A stretch of DNA of 64,000 nt from Sphingobacteriaceae bacterium (lineage in GTDB: Bacteria > Bacillota > Sulfobacillia > Thermaerobacterales > RSA17), in contig DATGRI010000022.1 in NCBI GenBank assembly GCA_035303785.1, positions 6,913-70,912 on the forward strand, written 5' to 3'. Under the pieces are notes generated by a model, which saw only the letters and a program-made list of their open reading frames with translations, did not search any database and was not told the origin of the DNA. Positions 29,580 through 37,942 of this stretch are shown in pieces (position 1 is the first letter of the stretch; each line of letters opens with the position of its first letter). A program made the position numbers and the translations under genes.

Positions 29580-30548
29580 CTAAGGGGCCGGGGGCCCGCC
29601 GGGTGACTTGGCCCGGGCCGGTCCCAGGCCGGCCAGGAGCGCCAGGGCCCGGTCCAGGGATTGGCGCACCGTGAGCAAGGAGTGGAAGGGGTCCGCGCCC
29701 GGCGGGATTTTGTGCAACAGGCCGGGCACCGTCTTGATGGTGAACTGCCGGGGATGGATTTGGGGCAGGTCCCGCCATGCCACGGGGAAGGAAACCGGGG
29801 CTCCGGGCAGGGGCCGGGGGCAGTAGGGAGCCACCAAGGTTTTGCCCCGGGCGTTCTGCAGGTAGTCCACGTACACCCTGCCCCGCCGCTCCGCCACAGG
29901 CCGGGCCAGGGTCACCAGCCCGGGCATCAGGTGGTGGAGCACCACCCCCAGGCGGCGGACGAAATCGGCCGTTTGGTCGTAGGTGTAGCGGGGCGCCACG
30001 GGGATGTACACGTGGAGGCCCGTGGCCCCCGAAGTTTTGACCCAGCCCCGCAGGCCCAGCTCTTGCAGCAGCCGGTGGAGCCCCTGGGCCACGGCGACGG
30101 CTTCGGCGAAGCCGCACCCTTCCCCGGGATCCAGGTCCACCAGGGCGAAGTCGGGCCTGTCGGGATGGGTATCGGGGGACGTCCACGGGTGAATTTCGAT
30201 GGCCGCCTGGCCCGCCAGCCAGACCAAGGTGGCGGCGTCGGCCCCCAGGAGGTAGCGGATGGTCCGCCCCGACCGCCGGCTGGGCACGGGCCGGTGCCGG
30301 ATCCACGGGGGCGCATGGTCGGGCAGGTTTTTCTGGTAGAAGGATTTGCCGTGGATGCCGTCGGGATAGCGGGTCAGCACCAGGTAGCGGCCCCGGAGGT
30401 GGGGCAGCGCCCAGGGAGCCGTGGCCAGCCAGTAGGCCGCCAGGTCGGTCTTGGTGATGCCGTCCTCCGGCCACAGCACTTTGTTGGGGTTGCTGAAGGC
30501 CACCGGGCGGCCGTCCACGGCCACGGTGATGCCGGTGCCCGTCTTCAC
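29580..30548 (-). CDS. ligD: LigD polymerase (primase-polymerase) domain protein, stand-alone
   Basis: SNPNKVLWP, ITKTDLAAY, RYPDG, FYQK, DLDPG, KTSGATGLH, DYLQN, APYCPR. Confidence 0.93.
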   Translation of the reverse strand: MKTGTGITVAVDGRPVAFSNPNKVLWPEDGITKTDLAAYWLATAPWALPHLRGRYLVLTRYPDGIHGKSFYQKNLPDHAPPWIRHRPVPSRRSGRTIRYLLGADAATLVWLAGQAAIEIHPWTSPDTHPDRPDFALVDLDPGEGCGFAEAVAVAQGLHRLLQELGLRGWVKTSGATGLHVYIPVAPRYTYDQTADFVRRLGVVLHHLMPGLVTLARPVAERRGRVYVDYLQNARGKTLVAPYCPRPLPGAPVSFPVAWRDLPQIHPRQFTIKTVPGLLHKIPPGADPFHSLLTVRQSLDRALALLAGLGPARAKSPGGPPAP

Positions 30549-31468
30549 CGCGGGTCCACCAGGCCCCGGTAGACGGGATGGCGGAGGCGGCCCCCGGGGG
30601 TGACGGCCAGATACTCCACCCGGCAGGCCAGCCGGGGCTCCACAAAGATGGTGCCGGGCCGCCACGGCACGTCGTCCCGGAAAGGGCTGTCCCGCCTTGG
30701 TGTCAGCCCGGCCAGGAGGCGCCCCAGTTCTCCTGCCGAAAACCCCGTGCCCACGGAGCCCACATAGCGCAGGCCTCCCCTGCCGTCCCAGGCGCCCAGG
30801 AGCAGGGAGCCGAAGCCGCCCCTCTCCCCCGGCTGGACGCCGCCGATGATGAAATCGCCGGTCCGCACCCGGCGCACCTTGCGCCAGCGGCGGCTGCGCC
30901 GGCCCGGGTGATACAGGCTGTCCCGCTCCTTGGCCACGATGCCTTCCAGGCCCAGGCGGGCGGCCCCCCGGTACAGCCGGCGGCCTTCCCCGGCCGTGGC
31001 TTCCGACAGGCCCACCAGGTGGGCTGCTTCCGGGGGCAGGCCGGCCAGCAGTTGGGCCAGCCTGTCCCGGCGGCGGTGCAGGGGCAGGTGGATCAAGTCC
31101 TCCCCCGCCCAGTGGAGCAGGTCGAACACCACGTACTTCACCGCCGCAGGCTCATCCCCGCCCGCGGTGCCCCGGCCCAAGGCGGCGAAACTGGGCAGGC
31201 CCCCCTGGAAGGCCACCACTTCCCCGTCCAGGATGGCCCGGTCCCGCCCCCAGGCCCCGGCCAGAACGGCCAACTGGGGAAACCGGGGCAGCAGGTCCCG
31301 CCCCGTCCGGCTCTGGAGGAACAGCCCTTCATCCACGAAGGCCAGGCAACGGTAGCCGTCCCACTTGATTTCAAACAGCCACTGGGGATCGTCGAAGGGT
31401 CCGGCCACGGGCGTGGCCAGCATGGGCCGCAGGGAGCCGGGACGCCAAAGGGTGTCCGGGGTGGTCAT
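30545..31468 (-). CDS. ligD: ATP-dependent DNA ligase (LigD ligase domain, stand-alone)
   Basis: PMLA, EIKWDGYR (adenylated Lys), LDGEVV, FDLL, EGIVAK, GSVGTGF, LRHPVY. Confidence 0.93.
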   Translation of the reverse strand: MTTPDTLWRPGSLRPMLATPVAGPFDDPQWLFEIKWDGYRCLAFVDEGLFLQSRTGRDLLPRFPQLAVLAGAWGRDRAILDGEVVAFQGGLPSFAALGRGTAGGDEPAAVKYVVFDLLHWAGEDLIHLPLHRRRDRLAQLLAGLPPEAAHLVGLSEATAGEGRRLYRGAARLGLEGIVAKERDSLYHPGRRSRRWRKVRRVRTGDFIIGGVQPGERGGFGSLLLGAWDGRGGLRYVGSVGTGFSAGELGRLLAGLTPRRDSPFRDDVPWRPGTIFVEPRLACRVEYLAVTPGGRLRHPVYRGLVDPR

Positions 31469-32286
31469 GGAGGCGGCGTGGGCTGGAGCTGCTGGGCCGC
31501 CCCCGCGGCCTGGGCCCCGTTCTCCAGGGAGGCCCGCAGGGCCGCCAGCAGGTCCGCCACCGGCGGCGAGACGGGGCCGCCCGCCGGCGCCCGGGTCACG
31601 TCCCGGCCTTGGATGCGGGCTTCGATGCGCTCCTGGAGGGCCAGGCGATACTGGTCTTGGTAGCGCTGGGGCTCAAAAGGCCCCGCCAGCCGCTGGATCA
31701 GGTGGATGGCCAGCTCCAGTTCGGCCTCTTCTACGGCCACCTGCTCCTGAAGGCCCGCCAGGGCCGTGGTGGGCCGGATTTCATCGGGATAGCGCATGGT
31801 CTCCAGGATGAGGGTGCGGTCGTCGAACACCCGCAGGCAGGCCAAGGACTCCCGGGCCCGGATGGCCACCTTGGCCAGGGCGGCCCGCTCGGTGCGGTGC
31901 ATGGCCTCCCGCAGCAAGGTGTAGGCCCGCTGCCCTCCTTCCGCCGGCTCCAAGTAGTAGCTCCGCTCGTAGTAGACGGGGTCGATGGCGCCCAGCTCCA
32001 CGAAGTTGTGGATTTGGATGGTGCGGGCCGTAGGCACCGGCAGGTCTTCGAAATCTTGGTCCTCGAGAATCACATATTGGTCGGGGGCGTAGGCGTAGCC
32101 CCGCACGATGTCCTCCTGCTCCAAGGCCGTCCGGCAATGGGGGCACCACCGCTGGTAGCGCACCCGGGAGCCGCAGCGCCGGTGCAGCAGGTTGAAGGAG
32201 ATGCTCTTGTCCTCGGTGGCGGCGTACAGGCGCACCGGTATGTAGACCAGGCCGAAGCTGATGGAGCCTTTCCAGATGCTGCGCAC
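31465..32286 (-). CDS. ku: Ku protein (NHEJ DNA end-binding)
   Basis: RSIWKGSISFGLVYIPVRLY, IDPVYYERSYYL, YQDQY, VADLLAALRAS; start GTG 32286. Confidence 0.96.
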   Translation of the reverse strand: MRSIWKGSISFGLVYIPVRLYAATEDKSISFNLLHRRCGSRVRYQRWCPHCRTALEQEDIVRGYAYAPDQYVILEDQDFEDLPVPTARTIQIHNFVELGAIDPVYYERSYYLEPAEGGQRAYTLLREAMHRTERAALAKVAIRARESLACLRVFDDRTLILETMRYPDEIRPTTALAGLQEQVAVEEAELELAIHLIQRLAGPFEPQRYQDQYRLALQERIEARIQGRDVTRAPAGGPVSPPVADLLAALRASLENGAQAAGAAQQLQPTPPP

Positions 32287-32291
32287 GGCGG

Positions 32292-32768
32292 CTACAATTC
32301 CAGCCCGTCGGTTCCCGGGCTGCTGGTGAACTCCAGCTCCTCGTCTTCGGCATCGTCGTCCAGGAAGTCCCCGTCGCCGGAGGTGTAGGCGACCCCGTTG
32401 CCCTGGATCATGGCGCCGATGCGGTCCAGCACCTCCGGCGCCAGGTCGATCAGCCGGTCGTACAAGGCCCGGTCGGTGACGGGGAGCAGCCGGACGCCGC
32501 TGCTGCTGACCACCAGGAAGGCCACGGGCTGGACCGTGACCCCGGCGCCGCTGCCGCCGCCGAAGGGCAGGGAGCCTTCGGCCCCCTGGGCCATGGCGCT
32601 GCTGTACTCCCCGCCGCCGGCGGCGAAGCCGAAGCTCACCCGGGACACGGGCACGATGACGGTGCCGTCTTTGGCCTCGACGGCATCCCCCACCACGGTG
32701 TTGACGTCCACCATCTCCTTGATGCTTTCCATGGCGGTCTTCATCAAGCCTTGGATGGGGTGGTCCAC
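32292..32768 (-). CDS. ytfJ: Sporulation protein YtfJ (GerW family)
   Basis: HPIQGLMKTAMESIKEMVDVNTVVGD, PVSRVSFGFAAGG, PFGGGSGAGV. Confidence 0.95.
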   Translation of the reverse strand: MDHPIQGLMKTAMESIKEMVDVNTVVGDAVEAKDGTVIVPVSRVSFGFAAGGGEYSSAMAQGAEGSLPFGGGSGAGVTVQPVAFLVVSSSGVRLLPVTDRALYDRLIDLAPEVLDRIGAMIQGNGVAYTSGDGDFLDDDAEDEELEFTSSPGTDGLEL

Positions 32769-33409
32769 GGTTCCACTCCTTTGTGCCGCCGCGGTTTGGG
32801 CTGCGCCCGGGCGGCCAGGGCGGCACGTATAATATCCCAGAGCCGCCAGACCAATATGCAGTGGCAGGCCGTGTCAAAGACTGCCTCGCGGAACCGGGGC
32901 TCCACCGTGATGCGGGGCCACTGCCCTCCGCCCCGGGAGCCTGCCAGGGCCCCTGCCACGGCGCCTTTGCAGGTCCAGGCCATGCCCGCCATGATCCCCG
33001 TCCAGGCGGCATCGCCGGCCCCTATGACGGTGTGCCAGCGGAGGGCTTCAATCTGCAAGGCAATTCTCCCGGAGCCCGTTCCCGGCAGGCTTTCCCGGGA
33101 GCCCGGCCCGGCCTCCCCGGGCCACCGGTGGCGCCGCTCCTGCTCCCGGCGGTAGAGGCGGCGGCCGGCCACATATATCTGTCCCAATGTCCTGACGGAC
33201 AAGGTGATCTCCCGGGCCGTGACCCGCAGGCCCGTAACCCGGAATTGGATGGAAATGCGCAGCAGCCGCCCCGGCGACCAGGTGAATGCGCCGCGGCCCG
33301 GCCAGCGGAAGCGGAAGGCCACCCGGACGGGCAGCCTGGTCACACCATAGGCGGCCGCCGCCAACACCGGCAGCACCGGCAGCAGCCGGACAAGATCAGG
33401 CATGTCCAC
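32744..33409 (-). CDS. DUF2953 family protein (YtfI-like)
   Basis: IGAGDAAWTGIMAG motif; position directly upstream of ytfJ. Confidence 0.75.
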   Translation of the reverse strand: MDMPDLVRLLPVLPVLAAAAYGVTRLPVRVAFRFRWPGRGAFTWSPGRLLRISIQFRVTGLRVTAREITLSVRTLGQIYVAGRRLYRREQERRHRWPGEAGPGSRESLPGTGSGRIALQIEALRWHTVIGAGDAAWTGIMAGMAWTCKGAVAGALAGSRGGGQWPRITVEPRFREAVFDTACHCILVWRLWDIIRAALAARAQPKPRRHKGVEPWTTPSKA

Positions 33410-33414
33410 CTGGG

Positions 33415-33444
33415 CAGTTTACCCAGGAGACACCGTCCCTATGT
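33415..33444 (-). promoter_or_regulatory. sigmaF (forespore) promoter for ytfI-ytfJ-ku-ligD
   Basis: Minus strand ACATA-N15-GGGTAAACTG matches GYWTA-N15-GGnnAnAnTR. Confidence 0.7.
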
Positions 33445-34011
33445 TTGGGGGGATGCCGGCGAAGAGGCCGGCTCCGGGGCGTCCCGGGGCGGGAAGTCTT
33501 CCAGGGCGGGGAGATCCTCCAGGCTGTTCAAGCCGAAGTAGACGAGAAACTCGGGGGATGTGCCGTACAGGATGGGCCGGCCGGGTCCCGGGCGGCGGCC
33601 CTTTTCCACCACCAGGTTCCGTTCCAGCAGGGTCTGCAGGGACCGCTCGCAGTTGACGCCCCGCAGCTGCTCGATTTCCGCCCGGGTGATGGGCTGCCGG
33701 TAGGCAATGACGGCCAGGGTTTCCAGGGCCGCCTTGGACAAGGTGGGCCGGCGGGTCTGGGTTAGGCGCTGCACCAGCCGGCCGTAGGCGGGCAGGGTGG
33801 CCACCTGCAGGCCCCCCGCCACCTGCCGCAGTTCGATGCCCCGATGGGGGCCTTGGTATTGTTCCCGCAGCACTTCGGCGGCGGCCAGCACCATGGGCTC
33901 GGGCACTTCCAGCACTTTGGCCAGGCGGGCAACGGGCAGGGGCTCGGCGCTGCTGAAGAGCAGGGCCTCCAGGCCGGCCACCAAGTCGGCGGGAAGGTCG
34001 CTGCCCCTCAA
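33439..34011 (-). CDS. scpB: SMC-ScpAB complex subunit ScpB
   Basis: LEALLF, LSKAALETLAVIAYRQPITRAEIEQLRGV, GRPILYGT, FGLNSLEDLP. Confidence 0.96.
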   Translation of the reverse strand: MRGSDLPADLVAGLEALLFSSAEPLPVARLAKVLEVPEPMVLAAAEVLREQYQGPHRGIELRQVAGGLQVATLPAYGRLVQRLTQTRRPTLSKAALETLAVIAYRQPITRAEIEQLRGVNCERSLQTLLERNLVVEKGRRPGPGRPILYGTSPEFLVYFGLNSLEDLPALEDFPPRDAPEPASSPASPQT

Positions 34012-34793
34012 GATGCCTGCCCCCCGCCCGGTGCCGGCAGGCGCTCCAAGTAGATGGGGCCCATGGCCTCCTCCTGCAGCACCTTGATCTGCCGGCGGCG
34101 CAGCAGTTCCAAGACGGCCAGGAAGGTGACCACCACCTCCAGCCGCGACGGTGTTCCCTTGAACAAATCGAGAAACACGATGCGGCCCCGGCTGCTCTTA
34201 AGCAGGCTTTGGACATGGCGGATGCGGTCGGCCACGGTTATGGCCTCGGGGGCGATTTCCGCCGGGGAGCCGTCCATCCCCCGCTGGGCCGCCTGCCGCA
34301 GCACCTCCTGGAAGACCGCCGCCAGGTCCGCCAGGGTGATGCCCTCCAGTTGGATGCCGGCGGCGAAATCCTCCATCTCCCCCGGGGTGCGGGGAAAGCG
34401 GGGCGCTTCCTCGGCTTCCCGGGCCTCCAGGAATTCGGCCACCGCTTTGTAGCGGCGGAACTCCTCCAGTTGCCGGATCAACTCGGCGGCGGGATCGTCC
34501 TCCTCCTCCACGGGAGGCTCCTCAGCAGGCTTTTGGGGCGGCAGCAAGGTGCGGGCCTTGATGTCCAGCAGGCGGGCGGCGGTGACGATAAACTCGCTGG
34601 CAATGGCCAGGTCCAGTTCTTCCATGGCCCGCAGGTAGGCCAGGTATTGGTCGGTGACGGCGGCCAGGGCCACTTCGGTGATGTCCAGCTGCTGCTCTTC
34701 GATGAGGTGGAGCAGCAGGTCCAAGGGGCCCTCGAAGTTGTCCAGGGTAACGGGATAATCGGCCAGCCGCTGGTGCCGCTCCTCCACGCCCAT
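34008..34793 (-). CDS. scpA: Segregation and condensation protein A
   Basis: FEGPLDLLLHLI, TDQYL, EFIVTAARLLDIK, VVTFLAVLEL. Confidence 0.96.
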   Translation of the reverse strand: MGVEERHQRLADYPVTLDNFEGPLDLLLHLIEEQQLDITEVALAAVTDQYLAYLRAMEELDLAIASEFIVTAARLLDIKARTLLPPQKPAEEPPVEEEDDPAAELIRQLEEFRRYKAVAEFLEAREAEEAPRFPRTPGEMEDFAAGIQLEGITLADLAAVFQEVLRQAAQRGMDGSPAEIAPEAITVADRIRHVQSLLKSSRGRIVFLDLFKGTPSRLEVVVTFLAVLELLRRRQIKVLQEEAMGPIYLERLPAPGGGQAS

Positions 34794-34800
34794 CCGCCCT

Positions 34801-35820
34801 TCAGCCTTTCAGGGACGCCAGCCCCCGCAGGGTGGCGCCCTGGAGCCCGGTGCGCTCCTTCACCTCGGCCATGGTGGCTTCGGCGATCTCCCGGGCCTTC
34901 CGGGCGCCCGTCAGGATGATCTCCTTAACGTAATCGGGCTTGGCCAGCAGTTCCTGCCGCCGCTCCCGGAATGGGGCGAAGGCCTGGCTGACGGCCTCCG
35001 CCAGGGTTTCCTTCAACTCCACGTAGCGCAGGCTGCCGTCGTTGTAGGCAACCAGGAGCCGTTCATGGGCCGCCGGGTCGAAAGTCTGCAGCAGGCCGAA
35101 CAAGTTGGCCACCCCCGGGGCCATGCCCTCGGCCCTGGGCCCGGTGTCGGTGACGGCCTTCATGATCTTCTCCCGGACGACCTGGGGCTCGTCGGACAGG
35201 GCGATGTAGCTGCGGGGCCCCAGGGACTTGCTCATCTTCTTGTCGGGCTCCGTCAGGCTCTTGACCCGGGCGGTGTCCTCGGTGACCAGGGCCTGGGGCT
35301 CGGGGAAGGTCTCGCCGAACATATGGTTGAAGCGGCGCACGATCTCCCGGGTCAACTCAACGTGGGGAACCTGGTCCTCGCCCACGGGCACCACTTCGGC
35401 CTTGTACATGATGATGTCCGCCGCCTGGAGCACCGGGTAGGCCAGCAGCCCCAAGTTCACGTAGTCGGGCTGCATGGCCGCCTTCTCCTTGTATGTGGGC
35501 ACCCGCTCCAGCCAGGCCACCGGGGTGATGGAGCCCAAGATCCACGCCAGTTCCGTGTGTTCCGGCATGAGGGACTGGACCAGCAGCAGGGAGCGCTCCG
35601 GGTCCACGCCGGCCGCCAGGAAATCGATGGCCAGGTTGATGGTCCGCTGGGACAGTTCCTCGGGCTCGAAGGGCGAGGCGATGGCGTGGTAGTCCACGAT
35701 GCTGTAGATGCATTCGTAGTCGTCCTGCAGCGTGATCCAGTTGCGGACGGCGCCCAAGTAGTTGCCCAGGTGCAGTTCCCCTGTGGGCCTCATGCCGCTG
35801 AACACACGTTTCCGTGTCAA
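34801..35820 (-). CDS. trpS: Tryptophan--tRNA ligase
   Basis: SGMRPTGELHLGNYLG (HIGH), YPVLQAADI, VPVGEDQ, KMSKS. Confidence 0.97.
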   Translation of the reverse strand: MTRKRVFSGMRPTGELHLGNYLGAVRNWITLQDDYECIYSIVDYHAIASPFEPEELSQRTINLAIDFLAAGVDPERSLLLVQSLMPEHTELAWILGSITPVAWLERVPTYKEKAAMQPDYVNLGLLAYPVLQAADIIMYKAEVVPVGEDQVPHVELTREIVRRFNHMFGETFPEPQALVTEDTARVKSLTEPDKKMSKSLGPRSYIALSDEPQVVREKIMKAVTDTGPRAEGMAPGVANLFGLLQTFDPAAHERLLVAYNDGSLRYVELKETLAEAVSQAFAPFRERRQELLAKPDYVKEIILTGARKAREIAEATMAEVKERTGLQGATLRGLASLKG

Positions 35821-35860
35821 TTGGCTTCCCCTTCCTCATACCGGGGCCCTGCCGGGCTGG

Positions 35861-36490
35861 TCAGCCCAGGCCCGTGACAGCCAGCAGGACTCCCGTCAAA
35901 TTCCGCAGGAGGGCGTCCAGCCAGCCCACCACCGGCAGCAGGAGGCGGCTGGTGATGCCCGTCCACAATAATATCACCAGAATGAGCCAGCCGTAGGTCT
36001 CCAAGGAATCGATGAATTCGGCCGTTTCCGCCGGCACCAGGCCCGCCAGGATGCGGGAGCCGTCCAGGGGCGGCACCGGCAGCAGGTTGAACACGGCCAG
36101 GTACAGGTTAATCAGGTAGGCGTACTGGAGGGCCTGGGGCAGATAGCCCCCAATCATCCACTGCCAGGGCAGCAGGCCCATGGCCAGGCGGATGATAAAG
36201 GCCAGGACGATGTTGGTGGCGGGTCCGGCGGCGGCCACCAGGAGCATGCCCCGGCGGGCATCCTTGAAGTAGTAAGGGTTCACCGGCACCGGCTTGGCCC
36301 AGCCGAAGCGGAAGATGAACAGCATCAACAGGCCGATGGGGTCGATGTGGGGTATGGGGTTCAAAGTCAGGCGCCCCATGTTCCGGGGCGTGGGGTCCCC
36401 CAGGGCGTCGGCCGTGCGGGCATGGGCGTATTCGTGGAGCACCAGAGCCAGCAGCAGGCCCGGCAGCGTTACCAGGGGATTGAACAGCAT
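35861..36490 (-). CDS. Site-2 protease family (M50) membrane metalloprotease
   Basis: HEYAH, GRLTLNP, GWAKPVP, FNLLPVPPLDG. Confidence 0.93.
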   Translation of the reverse strand: MLFNPLVTLPGLLLALVLHEYAHARTADALGDPTPRNMGRLTLNPIPHIDPIGLLMLFIFRFGWAKPVPVNPYYFKDARRGMLLVAAAGPATNIVLAFIIRLAMGLLPWQWMIGGYLPQALQYAYLINLYLAVFNLLPVPPLDGSRILAGLVPAETAEFIDSLETYGWLILVILLWTGITSRLLLPVVGWLDALLRNLTGVLLAVTGLG

Positions 36491-36526
36491 GATTTCCGGC
36501 TTCCTCTCCGGGCCGCTCCTCCCGGG

Positions 36527-37879
36527 TCAGGGGGCCGGCCGGCGCTGGAGCACGGCGGCTTCGGCCGTCAGGGGCTGGTGCCCCCGGAGCAGATCCCGGT
36601 ATTCTTCCCGGCGGATGATGACCCGGGCCCGCTCCTTGTTCACCAGGACCACGGCCGGCCGGGGCAGCAGGTTGTAGTGGCTGGCCATGCTGTATGTATA
36701 CGCCCCGGTGGAAAGGAGGACCACCAGGTCGCCGGGCTGGGGCGACGGCAGGCGGCAGTGCTTCACCAGCACGTCGCCGCTTTCGCACAATTTGCCCACG
36801 ATGCGGCAGTCTTCCAAGGGCCGGGGGGCCTCGCCCCCCCCCGTGGGCACCAGCAGGGCGGTGTACTGGGCGTCGTACAAGGCCGGGCGGGGGTTGTCGC
36901 TCATGCCCCCGTCCACGGCCACGAAGGCCGGCAGTCCCGGCACCCGCTTGATGCTGCCCACGGTGTAGACGGTGGTGCCCGCCTCGCCGATCAGGGAGCG
37001 GCCCGGCTCCAGGATCAAATGGGGCAAGGGCAGGTTCCGGGCTTCGGCTTCCCGCCGCACCCGCTCCACCAGGGCGGCCACCATCTCCTCCACCGCCGGC
37101 GGTTCGTCGCCTTCCAGGTAGCGGATGCCCAGGCCGCCGCCCAAATCCAATTCGGTCATGGGCCGGCCCGTGGTCCGGGTGGTTTCCCCGGCCAGGGCCA
37201 TGAGGCGGGACACCGTTTCCAAGAAGGGGTCCACCGAGAACAACTGGGACCCGATGTGGGCATGGAACCCGCGGAAATCCAGGCCGGGCGAGGCCGCCGC
37301 CTGCCGGGCGGCTTCCAGGGCTTGTCCCGAGGCCAAATCGAAGCCGAACTTGGTGTCCTGGGTGCCCGTCTGGATGTAGGAATGGGTTTCGGCCTCCACC
37401 CCGGGCGCCACCCGCAGCAGCACCGGCACCGGGCCTTGGGCCCGGCCGGCCACTTCCCGCAGCAGTTCCAGTTCGTGAAAATTGTCCACCACGATGCGGC
37501 CCACCTGGGCCAGGACGGCCTGCTCCAGTTCGGCCCTGCTCTTGTTGTTGCCGTGGAAAATAATGTGGGCGGCGGGAAAGCCGGCCGCCTGGGCCATATA
37601 CAGTTCCCCGCCGGAAACCACGTCCAGGCCGATGTCTTCTTCCGCCAGCAGTTCACAGAGGGCCATGGCCAGGAAGGCTTTGGCGGCGTAAACCACCTGC
37701 CATGAGGGATAGCCGGTGGCCGCCAGGGCGGCCCGGTAGCGCCGGGCCTGGCCGCGGATTTCCTCTTCGTTGAGGACCAGCAGCGGGGTGCCGAAGGACC
37801 GGGCCAGGGTGACCACGTGGTGGCCGGCTATGGTCAGATTGCCGGCTGCGTCTAAATCCAGCCCGCCCCAGAGCGCCAA
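36527..37879 (-). CDS. lysA: Diaminopimelate decarboxylase
   Basis: YAAKAF (PLP Lys), DVVSGGEL, HGNNKS, HIGSQ, LDLGGG, EPGRS, CESGD. Confidence 0.96.
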   Translation of the reverse strand: MALWGGLDLDAAGNLTIAGHHVVTLARSFGTPLLVLNEEEIRGQARRYRAALAATGYPSWQVVYAAKAFLAMALCELLAEEDIGLDVVSGGELYMAQAAGFPAAHIIFHGNNKSRAELEQAVLAQVGRIVVDNFHELELLREVAGRAQGPVPVLLRVAPGVEAETHSYIQTGTQDTKFGFDLASGQALEAARQAAASPGLDFRGFHAHIGSQLFSVDPFLETVSRLMALAGETTRTTGRPMTELDLGGGLGIRYLEGDEPPAVEEMVAALVERVRREAEARNLPLPHLILEPGRSLIGEAGTTVYTVGSIKRVPGLPAFVAVDGGMSDNPRPALYDAQYTALLVPTGGGEAPRPLEDCRIVGKLCESGDVLVKHCRLPSPQPGDLVVLLSTGAYTYSMASHYNLLPRPAVVLVNKERARVIIRREEYRDLLRGHQPLTAEAAVLQRRPAP

Positions 37880-37912
37880 AAGTCCTTCTCCTCCCGGGAT
37901 TTCTGCTGGCTA

Positions 37913-37942
37913 ACTATAGCACTTCCGTTCTTTGAGGGTCAA
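37913..37942 (-). promoter_or_regulatory. sigmaA promoter for lysA
   Basis: Minus strand TTGACC-N18-TATAGT with TG extension. Confidence 0.65.
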
